In this document: piece after piece, positions 26,769 through 34,881 of the stretch
Layout: each line of letters starts with the position of its first letter
Numbering within the stretch: position 1 is the first letter of the stretch
Virus record (IMG/VR): IMGVR_UViG_3300045988_112752
Length of the DNA: 64,000 nt
Reading direction: 5' to 3' (one strand)
From: a virus
Notes under the pieces: model-generated
Seen by the model: the letters and a program-made list of their open reading frames with translations, nothing else
What the model was told of the DNA's origin: nothing
The model's database searches: none
Position numbers and translations under genes: made by a program

Positions 26769-27068
26769 ATGATAGTTCTGATAGCTATAGCCACCATGAT
26801 AGCTGCCACGCTTGCCCAACACCTCGGACTGGCCGAAGCCATTGCCCGTGTTGTTGACAAGGTGGCATCATGCCCTCAGTGTTTCACCTTTTGGGTAACA
26901 ATGTCGGCGTTGCTCTACCTCGGCCACGATGTCTACGCATCGGCGCTGTCGGCTATTGTGGTGGCATATCTGTCAAACTGGTTTGTGTTGTTGCTGCTTA
27001 TTCTTCAACGAAAATTTACGAAACTCTATGAAAAAGAAAGACACACCACCGACCGCCTCGACCACTAA
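26769..27068 (+). CDS. Small multi-pass membrane protein
   Basis: Track ORF 26751 starts at a TTG; the first ATG is 26769. Three hydrophobic segments; CPQC motif. Confidence 0.55.
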   Translation: MIVLIAIATMIAATLAQHLGLAEAIARVVDKVASCPQCFTFWVTMSALLYLGHDVYASALSAIVVAYLSNWFVLLLLILQRKFTKLYEKERHTTDRLDH

Positions 27069-27201
27069 GGTAAAGGCAGAAAGCAAGCCCCAAGCGCAAA
27101 CTTTCTTTCCAACGTTGCACATCTCTGCGCAAAAAACATTACTTATCCCACATTTTCGGGGCATCTGCCCTACATGTTAAACATATAAAGACTCAAACAA
27201 A

Positions 27202-27705
27202 ATGAATTACAAACAGATGATTGAACAGGCTCGTGCCAATGGTATGGCTACCGAGAAGAAGATGTGGGCAGCAGTAGAAACTCTCTCTACCGATCTCCTT
27301 GCGCTGGAGCAGACCGACCCCAAACTCTATTGGCACATATTGCGCCGTCAGCACGCCGTTCTCTATGGACGACACTATTCTGAGAAGATGGCCAACCACG
27401 ATGTTAATGCTCTTGTCTATAGCGGCATGTACGACGAGGAGGGTACGCCAACCGGCGGAGGTGCACATTGGACTCGTATCAAGGTAGACGAGCTGACTAA
27501 GGGCATGAAGTTTCACTCAAATGTCAACGCATGGGACAAATACGTCGCCTTCAATTCGATGTACGCCGACCTCTGCGCTTGCATGAACGAAGAGGAGATA
27601 ATCAAAGCCGCCTACACTTTCTACTTTTGTGATGACGACTGGCAGCCCTGCGAAGACGACTGCACTAAGGTGTGGGACTATAATGCCCTACACGCCACCC
27701 TCTAA
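27202..27705 (+). CDS. Hypothetical protein
   Basis: ORF track 167 aa. Confidence 0.6.
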   Translation: MNYKQMIEQARANGMATEKKMWAAVETLSTDLLALEQTDPKLYWHILRRQHAVLYGRHYSEKMANHDVNALVYSGMYDEEGTPTGGGAHWTRIKVDELTKGMKFHSNVNAWDKYVAFNSMYADLCACMNEEEIIKAAYTFYFCDDDWQPCEDDCTKVWDYNALHATL

Positions 27706-27807
27706 TTTTTTGAATTTTTACATTTGTATTCTTCAAAGCCACTTTGCGCTAATTACACAATTCGCAGAGTGGCTTCATTTGTATCTTCTCCTTATACGCT
27801 CCCCCAC

Positions 27808-27846
27808 CATGTCCGCCCCACCAAATTAAAAACTCCTACATTTGCC
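27808..27846 (+). promoter_or_regulatory. Conserved promoter-like element, copy 1 (ATGTCCGCnCCrCCAAA-N11/12-CCTAyATTTG)
   Basis: CATGTCCGCCCCACCAAATTAAAAACTCCTACATTTGCC. Contains a Bacteroides -7 box TAcaTTTG; near-identical copies at 37528 and 40061. Confidence 0.6.
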
Positions 27847-27867
27847 TATGAAAGAAACCCGAAAATT

Positions 27868-28941
27868 ATGACACAACGAAACATCAACCTAACGCTGCCC
27901 CGGTCATGGAACGAGTGCAGCACCGAGCAGTTGGAGCTCATATCCCGGATAATGCTTGAGCAGATAGAGCGAGCCGACCGTTATCATCCCTTCGACATGC
28001 GCAACGTCAAGATAGCGTGCTTCTTTGTTCTTGCAGGCATAGAGATAGTGGAAGGCATAGACGAGTCGAAGCCTCTTGAGAAGCAACACTACACTTGCCG
28101 ACTCTCCACCCCAAGCCGACGCAACCGTTTCTCCCGTCGCAAACAGCAGGAGGAAGAAACCTTCCCCATCTACTTATGGCAGTTCAACTATTGGCTAACG
28201 CCTAAGCCGAAGACCGACGACCGCAACTCGGCTGAGTATCTTGCCTCCGGTGCCGGATTGCTCGACTGGCTCGACAACGAGCGTGGAGCTCACCTCTCTC
28301 GCTTTCCCTACCCTACCCTTCGCCTACGCAACAAACGTGGTCTGCTACATCACAAGACCGACTATGAAGGTCCGGCGCAGGATATGGACGGCTTTTCATG
28401 GCAGCAGTATCGTTTTGCCTCCGATCTCATGGGACAATACACCTCGCTCGCCAACAACCTTGTCAAGATGAAGCAGATGGGCAAGTTCACGGCCGAGCAG
28501 ATAGCACAGCAAGCCGACAGCGTAGACCGGGCACGTTCCATGTTCCTCGCCACCATCTTCAACCGTCGTATCAACTTCATCGACACCAACACCAACCTCA
28601 AGGTGCATGATTTCCACTACGACGTGCGCCAATTCGACACCCAAGCCCCACTCTTCCGCCACTTCCCCGATTACCAATGGCAACCTATCCTCTTCTGGTG
28701 GACCGGCATGATGCACACCCTCTCACGGCGTTACCCCCATGTGTTCAAGGTGCAGAAGCTTGATCCTCGCAAGCGGCCGTCAACGCCCTTGGAGATATAC
28801 ACCGCCACCATCGCCACCATGCAGAAATACGCCTCGCTCACCGAAGATCAGGTGAACAATCAGTCGTATTCGCTTGTTCTGGAACATTTGGAGCGACTGA
28901 GCAAGGAGAATGAGGAAATGGAAAAGATTAGGAAGACGTAG
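27868..28941 (+). CDS. Hypothetical protein (357 aa) immediately upstream of rtcB
   Basis: Track ORF 27724-28941. I prefer the ATG at 27868 (MTQRNINL...) because the upstream part of the ORF covers the promoter-like element. Confidence 0.6.
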   Translation: MTQRNINLTLPRSWNECSTEQLELISRIMLEQIERADRYHPFDMRNVKIACFFVLAGIEIVEGIDESKPLEKQHYTCRLSTPSRRNRFSRRKQQEEETFPIYLWQFNYWLTPKPKTDDRNSAEYLASGAGLLDWLDNERGAHLSRFPYPTLRLRNKRGLLHHKTDYEGPAQDMDGFSWQQYRFASDLMGQYTSLANNLVKMKQMGKFTAEQIAQQADSVDRARSMFLATIFNRRINFIDTNTNLKVHDFHYDVRQFDTQAPLFRHFPDYQWQPILFWWTGMMHTLSRRYPHVFKVQKLDPRKRPSTPLEIYTATIATMQKYASLTEDQVNNQSYSLVLEHLERLSKENEEMEKIRKT

Positions 28942-28966
28942 TAAAATATTAACGGAAATATAGAGT

Positions 28967-30148
28967 ATGAAGAACGTAAAGATTTTTGCAAAGACCATCG
29001 AGGCGGAAGCTATGAAACAGATAGAAAACTTAGCAACGAGCGAGGCTTACTGCGACTGCAAGATACGCATTATGCCTGACTGTCATGCGGGTAAGGGATG
29101 CACAATAGGTACGGTAATTCAGACTGCCGGCAAGGTTGTACCTAATACCGTAGGCGTGGATATAGGCTGTGGTATGTTGGTATTCAAGTTCGCTGAGAAG
29201 GATATAAACCTTTCGCTTCTCGACCGAATCATCAATGAGTCGGTGCCGAGCGGATTTGACGTTCACGAAAAGTCCAAGCTAAAAGATTGTAGTTCGCTTC
29301 CGCTTACGTCACATCTTTTGCTCGATTTGCACAAAAGGACACAAGGTTGCTTCGATCTCGACTATATCGGACGCTCGCTTGGCACCCTCGGTGGCGGCAA
29401 TCACTTCATCGAGCTGGACGAGGACGAGCAGGGCTGTAAGTATCTTGTGATACATTCGGGCAGTCGCAATCTCGGAGTTAAGGTGTGCAACTTTTTCCAA
29501 CACTTAGCCAAAAAGAATGTGAATCGATACGAGGAGCGCAAGCGCATCATCGAAGACTTAAAGAAGTATGGCTTAGAGAGGGAGATTAACAATATGTTGC
29601 GTCGTTTTGACACCGTGCCTCCCGGTCTCGCCTATCTTGAGGGAGAAGACCTCAATGCCTACAATTTCGCTGCGAACGTCTGTCAGTATTTTGCCGACGA
29701 CAACAGATGGAATATAGCAATGCCTATAATCCATGGGCTTCAATTATCGGTTGTGGATTTCTTTACCACCAGGCATAACTATTTCGACATACACTCAGGC
29801 ATCATCCGAAAAGGAGCCGTGAGTGCCGAAAATGGCGAACAGCTTATCATCCCACTTAATATGCGCGATGGTTCGTTGATATGTCGCGGCAAGGGCAACG
29901 ACGACTGGCTTCAGTCGGCTCCGCACGGTGCAGGTAGACTAATGTCGCGCTCGGCGGCCAAGAAGCAGCTCAGCATGAAGGAATACCGACAGCAGATGCA
30001 CGACATTTACTCCACATCGGTATGCGAGTCAACAATCGACGAGTCGCCAATGGCGTACAAGCCCGCCGAAGAGATAGAATCGCTTATAGGCGACACTGTG
30101 GACGTGGTTAGGAGAATCAAACCGATATACAACTTCAAAGCGAAATAA
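28967..30148 (+). CDS. rtcB: RtcB-family 3'-phosphate/5'-OH RNA ligase
   Basis: ORF track 393 aa. MPDCHAGKGCTIGTV, GVDIGCGM, GTLGGGNHFIELD, HSGSRNLG and APHGAGR match the conserved RtcB metal/GMP-His blocks in order. Confidence 0.85.
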   Translation: MKNVKIFAKTIEAEAMKQIENLATSEAYCDCKIRIMPDCHAGKGCTIGTVIQTAGKVVPNTVGVDIGCGMLVFKFAEKDINLSLLDRIINESVPSGFDVHEKSKLKDCSSLPLTSHLLLDLHKRTQGCFDLDYIGRSLGTLGGGNHFIELDEDEQGCKYLVIHSGSRNLGVKVCNFFQHLAKKNVNRYEERKRIIEDLKKYGLEREINNMLRRFDTVPPGLAYLEGEDLNAYNFAANVCQYFADDNRWNIAMPIIHGLQLSVVDFFTTRHNYFDIHSGIIRKGAVSAENGEQLIIPLNMRDGSLICRGKGNDDWLQSAPHGAGRLMSRSAAKKQLSMKEYRQQMHDIYSTSVCESTIDESPMAYKPAEEIESLIGDTVDVVRRIKPIYNFKAK

Positions 30149-30249
30149 TACAACAATATACTGTGTTATCGTAAGTATTAACGAAATATAGAGAACAATG
30201 AAAAAAGAGAAAATAAAGCAGTTGGTGGATGTAATGTAGGCGTATGTAA

Positions 30250-30666
30250 ATGGCAAATATTAACAACATAAAAGGATTTGCAGAGATTATGAAAGCATGT
30301 TCAAAAAATAAGGTACTTGCTGCCATCTGCAACCGTCACGGCATCAACCTCTATCACCATCAGCTCGACGGAGCTTCGTGGCAGATTTGCGCTGGAGGCT
30401 ATGTTGTGAACGGATATTCAGACGGTCGCTCTGTGCATCGGTTATTGTCTAAAATGAGTGGTGTGCTTGTTTTACTATTGAAATACGGCAATCTTCGGCC
30501 GTGGCATCTTTTCGGTTACGAGCGTAATATCACATGGCGCAGGGAAATTCATGCGATTATGCCTATAGCCGAGCCTTTGTGCGATAAAGGCAGAAAGGTT
30601 TATACCTATTATGACAAAGAATATGATGAGTGGTTACAAGCATATTACGACTTAAAAAATTCATAA
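30250..30666 (+). CDS. Hypothetical protein
   Basis: ORF track 138 aa. Confidence 0.55.
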   Translation: MANINNIKGFAEIMKACSKNKVLAAICNRHGINLYHHQLDGASWQICAGGYVVNGYSDGRSVHRLLSKMSGVLVLLLKYGNLRPWHLFGYERNITWRREIHAIMPIAEPLCDKGRKVYTYYDKEYDEWLQAYYDLKNS

Positions 30667-30708
30667 GGGAAAGAGATTATTAACAACATAACGGATTTAT
30701 AGAGAATT

Positions 30709-31236
30709 ATGCGAACGATTAAGTTTAAGGGCATCTGGTTTGAAGATGGTAGTTGGGTACACGGTGCATTGGTGCGCAAGGTTCAGCATTGGCGTTCTTG
30801 CATAGACGGTCATGTGACCCATGTAGAGAACTACGACTATATCGTCAATCAAGACGAAATTGACAACTTGAAATATCATCAGGTTCATCCCTCTTCGATC
30901 TGCCAGTTCACGGGATTAACCGACAAGAATGGCAAGGAGATTTACGAGGGTGACGTGTTGCGGTCGGACAGTTATCCGTACAGCTGCCTTGAAGACAACG
31001 AGCGCGACAACTACTATGCCGTAGTGTATTACTGCGAGGAGGGAGCTTTCTTTGGTATAGTGACGGCAGTGAATCCCGACTCTAAAGTATGCGGTATTTC
31101 TGACGGCATTGGTGATGATGTCCAGAAAGAGAAAATGAAGAACTTTGAGGTTGTTGGCAATATCCACGAAGAGAAGTGGCAACAATACGGCGAATACTTT
31201 AAGACTGAAGAAGGAAAGGAGGCCGACAATGATTAA
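30709..31236 (+). CDS. YopX-family phage protein
   Basis: ORF track 175 aa. QFTGLTDKNGKEIYEGDVL ... FEVVGNIHE are typical YopX blocks. Confidence 0.75.
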   Translation: MRTIKFKGIWFEDGSWVHGALVRKVQHWRSCIDGHVTHVENYDYIVNQDEIDNLKYHQVHPSSICQFTGLTDKNGKEIYEGDVLRSDSYPYSCLEDNERDNYYAVVYYCEEGAFFGIVTAVNPDSKVCGISDGIGDDVQKEKMKNFEVVGNIHEEKWQQYGEYFKTEEGKEADND

Positions 31237-31672
31237 TGTAGAAGACCTTAGAATAGGCGACATTGTGCAGACAAACAAAGACTGCATGTTTCCGAAAGAC
31301 ACCTTGTGCATCGTTACCGAAATCCATCCCGACCGACAGCGTAATGACAAGAAGGGAGTCGTCAGTCTGAAGGCTGTCAACGACGAAGACGACGGTCCCT
31401 GGGGGACATGGTGCTGCAACATCGATGGCGTGCCCATCACGCCCGAAATACTTAAAAAGAACGGTTTTAAAGAAGAGATCGTTGGCAAGTACTTTACAAG
31501 ACCAATTAAAGCAAGAACAGGTAGCTCCCCTGCCAGATATTTGGCTGTAGAACGAAAAAAATACGCTTGGGCAATATTCATAAAGTATTACAACGTGAAA
31601 GGCTATGCACTCTTATGTCATATAAAGTACGTTCACGAACTACAGCTCGTCCTTAAAAATAGTGAAATTTAG
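31229..31672 (+). CDS. Hypothetical protein
   Basis: ATG at 31229 (MINVEDLRIGDIV...), in frame with track ORF 31145. Overlaps the yopX stop in aATGATTAA. Confidence 0.55.
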   Translation: MINVEDLRIGDIVQTNKDCMFPKDTLCIVTEIHPDRQRNDKKGVVSLKAVNDEDDGPWGTWCCNIDGVPITPEILKKNGFKEEIVGKYFTRPIKARTGSSPARYLAVERKKYAWAIFIKYYNVKGYALLCHIKYVHELQLVLKNSEI

Positions 31673-31695
31673 TCTGGAAATTAAAGTATAGTCCT

Positions 31696-32268
31696 ATGAA
31701 AGCAAAAAACAAGGTATTGTTTGACAGATACAACCTTTACTTTAGAGGTGTTTGGAAGAAACCCCACAACTATCCCTCGCTGTTAGATATGGTAGAGCGT
31801 CGTATAGGATGGAGGGTTGACGTACTTCGTTGTTGTAATAACTGGGAAGATATTGTTTCTACTGACCGTAAAGTGCTTTCCAACTTTTGTAATCCGAAGG
31901 TGTTCCACTTTCCGAAAAAGTGTTGTGTGTCTCCTAAAGTTTTCGACCCGAGGTATTCGATGAAAAGTGAATACCATATAGTAAGGAAGAAAAACAATCG
32001 GTATAAGGTTGTTCGGAACAAACCTAAAAGACGTTCTATTGGGAGAACCTTGGTGGTAGATACCAAGAGGGGTTATGTCCGTAATATTGGCGATAAGGTG
32101 TGGTATCATCCCGATTATATGGATTTCGGTTGTTATACCTGCGCTGATTACGGAACATGCTTTAATAATGGTCGCCATGACAAGAGTTTTTGTGCGGTGG
32201 CTGCAAAGTGCGGAATCGGTCGCTGCAACACATGGCAGGAAGTAAGAGAAAACAATGATCAACATTAA
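31696..32268 (+). CDS. Hypothetical Cys-rich basic protein
   Basis: ORF track 190 aa. Confidence 0.55.
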   Translation: MKAKNKVLFDRYNLYFRGVWKKPHNYPSLLDMVERRIGWRVDVLRCCNNWEDIVSTDRKVLSNFCNPKVFHFPKKCCVSPKVFDPRYSMKSEYHIVRKKNNRYKVVRNKPKRRSIGRTLVVDTKRGYVRNIGDKVWYHPDYMDFGCYTCADYGTCFNNGRHDKSFCAVAAKCGIGRCNTWQEVRENNDQH

Positions 32269-32388
32269 GATTTCGGTGCATCCAGTTAGCCATCGGCTCG
32301 AATGGCGAGGATGGGGGGTAACTTCTCACCTGCCCTACGAGCCACCGACTACAAATGCCCTCACTGTATAATGATAGAATATGATTAA
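32255..32388 (+). pseudogene. C5-MTase TRD-like mini-ORF a, split by a frameshift at a G6 tract
   Basis: Own translation: MINIKISVHPVSHRLEWRGWG (frame 1) and GNFSPALRATDYKCPHCIMIEYD-stop (frame 2). One extra G in 32313-32318 joins them. Confidence 0.55.
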
Positions 32389-32515
32389 GCAACACCCATT
32401 CGATGATTTTCATCAGCGCATACATTGGAACGGCAACTCCATCGGAACCGTTATCCAACAATGGGGCAATCCTGCGCCGAGACACGGATGGCGAATAATG
32501 ATTGAATATGAATAA
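32381..32515 (+). CDS. C5-MTase TRD-like mini-ORF b (44 aa)
   Basis: Own translation: MIKQHPFDDFHQRIHWNGNSIGTVIQQWGNPAPRHGWRIMIEYE-stop. The ATG is embedded in tATGAtTAA of ORF a. Confidence 0.5.
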   Translation: MIKQHPFDDFHQRIHWNGNSIGTVIQQWGNPAPRHGWRIMIEYE

Positions 32516-32834
32516 CCCTCACACGCCCCGCTACAAGCGTGGCACCGTCACCAAGGACGGCAAGCTGTATGGCCGCTATCCCGACGGTTCGCTCTACCGC
32601 ATCTACTCCACCTCTGACCGACCCTTCCTTCAGATTGTGAACCGCAAGGGAGAGACGTTCCTTCGCATACGCCAAGCCACCGAGCAGGGCTATACCGACT
32701 GCCCTTGCCCTGGAGCCGCCGACCTCAGCTATCCCTCCTCGGCTCTAAGGCGCAGCCGAACGGTTGGGGGGGGTAAGATAGTGAACGCTCTGACCGCAGC
32801 AAGCGGAGGATTGTGTGTTTTTGTAGAATTATAA
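32508..32834 (+). CDS. C5-MTase TRD-like mini-ORF c (108 aa)
   Basis: Track ORF 32502 (TTG); ATG at 32508 lies inside tATGAaTAA. IRQATEQGYTDCPCPGAADLSYPSSALRRSRTVGGGKIVNALTAASGGLCVFVEL resembles the xATKxGY...RRGRV...TLT type of TRD. In-frame G8 tract at 32766-32773. Confidence 0.6.
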   Translation: MNNPHTPRYKRGTVTKDGKLYGRYPDGSLYRIYSTSDRPFLQIVNRKGETFLRIRQATEQGYTDCPCPGAADLSYPSSALRRSRTVGGGKIVNALTAASGGLCVFVEL

Positions 32835-32849
32835 AAGGAGAAATAAATT

Positions 32850-33152
32850 ATGAGTTACAATACAGAAAAGATAATCGTAAAGAACGAGGACACGGGAAAG
32901 GAAGAGGACGTAAAGTTGTTCTATTCTACCATTACTGATAATGTAGGTATCACTTGCGGCGAGCAGGAGGTTTTTCTTACTCAAGACCAGTTTAAGGCTT
33001 TGTCGTGTCTTATGTTTAGATGTTTTTACACAAGAGATATGCTGAACGAAGCGCGAATGGCTAATGATTGGGACGATCACCCTTACACCGTCTTTTCTTC
33101 TCACGATGAAACCACGTGGACCAAAGAGGTTGAAGAAGATAGATATGACTAA
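32850..33152 (+). CDS. Hypothetical protein d (100 aa) embedded in the TRD array
   Basis: ORF track. AAGGAG upstream. No clear MTase motif, but it ends ...EDRYD-stop with the same tATGAcTAA overlap into ORF e. Confidence 0.5.
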   Translation: MSYNTEKIIVKNEDTGKEEDVKLFYSTITDNVGITCGEQEVFLTQDQFKALSCLMFRCFYTRDMLNEARMANDWDDHPYTVFSSHDETTWTKEVEEDRYD

Positions 33153-33276
33153 TCACGACCTCTACCAATATCCTCGTGGTAACAACGACGGAGGTAGATT
33201 AGGCACTGACGTTTGCCCGACCGTGACAATTAACGCATGGCAGCAAAATGTATTTCTGATTGAAGAATATGAATAA
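33145..33276 (+). CDS. C5-MTase TRD-like mini-ORF e (43 aa)
   Basis: Own translation: MTNHDLYQYPRGNNDGGRLGTDVCPTVTINAWQQNVFLIEEYE-TAA. Same frame as the core ORF, which starts 4 codons after the stop. Confidence 0.55.
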   Translation: MTNHDLYQYPRGNNDGGRLGTDVCPTVTINAWQQNVFLIEEYE

Positions 33277-33288
33277 AGCAAAGACAAT

Positions 33289-34593
33289 ATGATTACAAAA
33301 CTCAACTTCACTGACCGCACCATCAAGAGCTACGCTATCCGCAAGCTCACACCCAAAGAGTGTTTCCGACTGATGGGCGTTCGCGACAACGTAATCGGCA
33401 CCATGCAGAGCAGCAATGCCCAGGCAGCCGAGCGACTGCCCGACTGGAAAGGCAAGGGCAAGCCGGAAGACATGGCAGTGTCTGCGTCGCAGCAGTACAA
33501 GCAGGCAGGCAACTCAATCGTGGTGGACGTGTTGGCCCACATCTATGAGCAGTTGTTCTATCCGAAGCCGAATTTGCGTAAATTCAGACAACTCTCACTC
33601 TTTACCGACACCGGCGACTATTTGCCCGACATGCCGAAGAACTTAGACGATTCTGCTGAGGAAAAGATATTCCTTACCACGTTCTCCGGCTACGACTCGC
33701 AGCTCATGGCAGCCGACGTGCTGAAGGAGTGGCATCCCAACTTCCGATGGACGTGCAAGGGATGGAGCGACATTGACAAATACGCCTGTCTGATGCACAA
33801 CCTCGTATTTCCGCAGTTTGCCGACTGCGCACTTGGTGACATCACCAAGATTGACTGGCACGCCGTGAAACGCTCGCTCTATGGACGCGAGGTTGACCTC
33901 TTCACCTATTCCTCGCCCTGTCAGGACATCTCGCAAGCCGGCAAGCAGATGGGGCTTCAGGAGGGCAGCGATACCCGAAGCGCCCTCCTTTGGCGAGTGG
34001 CAGATGCCGTGGAGGTGTTGCACCCCAAATATCTCTTGCAGGAGAACGTGGCGGCATTGGTTAGCCAGAAGTTCATGCCCGACTTCCAGAAGTGGCTCGA
34101 CAAGCTCTCCTCACTCGGATACGTCTCACGTTGGGCTCGCCTGAACGCCAAAAACTACGGTGTGCCGCAGAACCGCGACCGTGTGTTCTGCATCTCCATG
34201 CGCCAGGACGTAGCCTTCGACTATCAGTTTCCCGAACCCTTCGAGCTGCGCACCCGACTGGAGGACGTGTTGGAAGAAGAGGTAGCCGACCGCTATTTCC
34301 TCAAGGACGATGCCGTGAGCAAGTTCCTCAAAGCAAACGACTCCGACAACGCCCTCTTCATGCAGTTCGACCTGCCGTCGACACACGAGGCAGCGATGTT
34401 TCTAAAGACGTGGCTCACGCTACGCATGAACGCTCTCAACGGATGGGAGAGGGAGCTGGACGAACTGAACTATTGTATAGAGAACGAGCGAGACGTATTG
34501 AACAGCGAGTTCGGATGCTTCAGTAAATATCGTGAATTTCCTTGCGAAGGTTTCGAGGAACTGTTCAATGAGAATATGGAGAGGAAGAAATGA
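33289..34593 (+). CDS. C5-cytosine DNA methyltransferase core with permuted motif order (IX-X, linker, I-VIII, extra C-terminal region)
   Basis: ORF track 434 aa. IRKLTPKECFRLMGV (IX), QQYKQAGNSIVVDVL (X), then TTFSGYDSQ (I), SSPCQDIS (IV), LLQENV (VI), QNRDRVF (VIII). Confidence 0.8.
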   Translation: MITKLNFTDRTIKSYAIRKLTPKECFRLMGVRDNVIGTMQSSNAQAAERLPDWKGKGKPEDMAVSASQQYKQAGNSIVVDVLAHIYEQLFYPKPNLRKFRQLSLFTDTGDYLPDMPKNLDDSAEEKIFLTTFSGYDSQLMAADVLKEWHPNFRWTCKGWSDIDKYACLMHNLVFPQFADCALGDITKIDWHAVKRSLYGREVDLFTYSSPCQDISQAGKQMGLQEGSDTRSALLWRVADAVEVLHPKYLLQENVAALVSQKFMPDFQKWLDKLSSLGYVSRWARLNAKNYGVPQNRDRVFCISMRQDVAFDYQFPEPFELRTRLEDVLEEEVADRYFLKDDAVSKFLKANDSDNALFMQFDLPSTHEAAMFLKTWLTLRMNALNGWERELDELNYCIENERDVLNSEFGCFSKYREFPCEGFEELFNENMERKK

Positions 34594-34736
34594 CACTCCC
34601 TTTCAACACCGAAACCGACGGCACATCACGCACCATCAAAGCCAACTACTTCAAGAAGGGCGCATACGATGTACTTGATGTCTCAGCCCAAGGAGCAAAC
34701 TTCAAAGCCACTGGCGCAATCGTGATATATGAATAA
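34590..34736 (+). CDS. C5-MTase TRD-like mini-ORF g (48 aa)
   Basis: Own translation: MTLPFNTETDGTSRTIKANYFKKGAYDVLDVSAQGANFKATGAIVIYE-stop. ATGA overlap with the core stop. Confidence 0.55.
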   Translation: MTLPFNTETDGTSRTIKANYFKKGAYDVLDVSAQGANFKATGAIVIYE

Positions 34737-34881
34737 CAACCCTCGCCCCATCATCCTCGGCTCTTACAGCCCCTCGCAGAACGGCATCGTCGTTTCGCCC
34801 CACGGTATAGCCTTGTGCATAGCCGGGGGAGGTAAGGGTCACGATGTGGATAAACCAAAAATACTGATAACGTATGATTGA
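34729..34881 (+). CDS. C5-MTase TRD-like mini-ORF h (50 aa), HhaI-type TRD
   Basis: Own translation: MNNNPRPIILGSYSPSQNGIVVSPHGIALCIAGGGKGHDVDKPKILITYD-stop. Compare M.HhaI QGERIYSTRGIAITLSAYGGG. Confidence 0.6.
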   Translation: MNNNPRPIILGSYSPSQNGIVVSPHGIALCIAGGGKGHDVDKPKILITYD

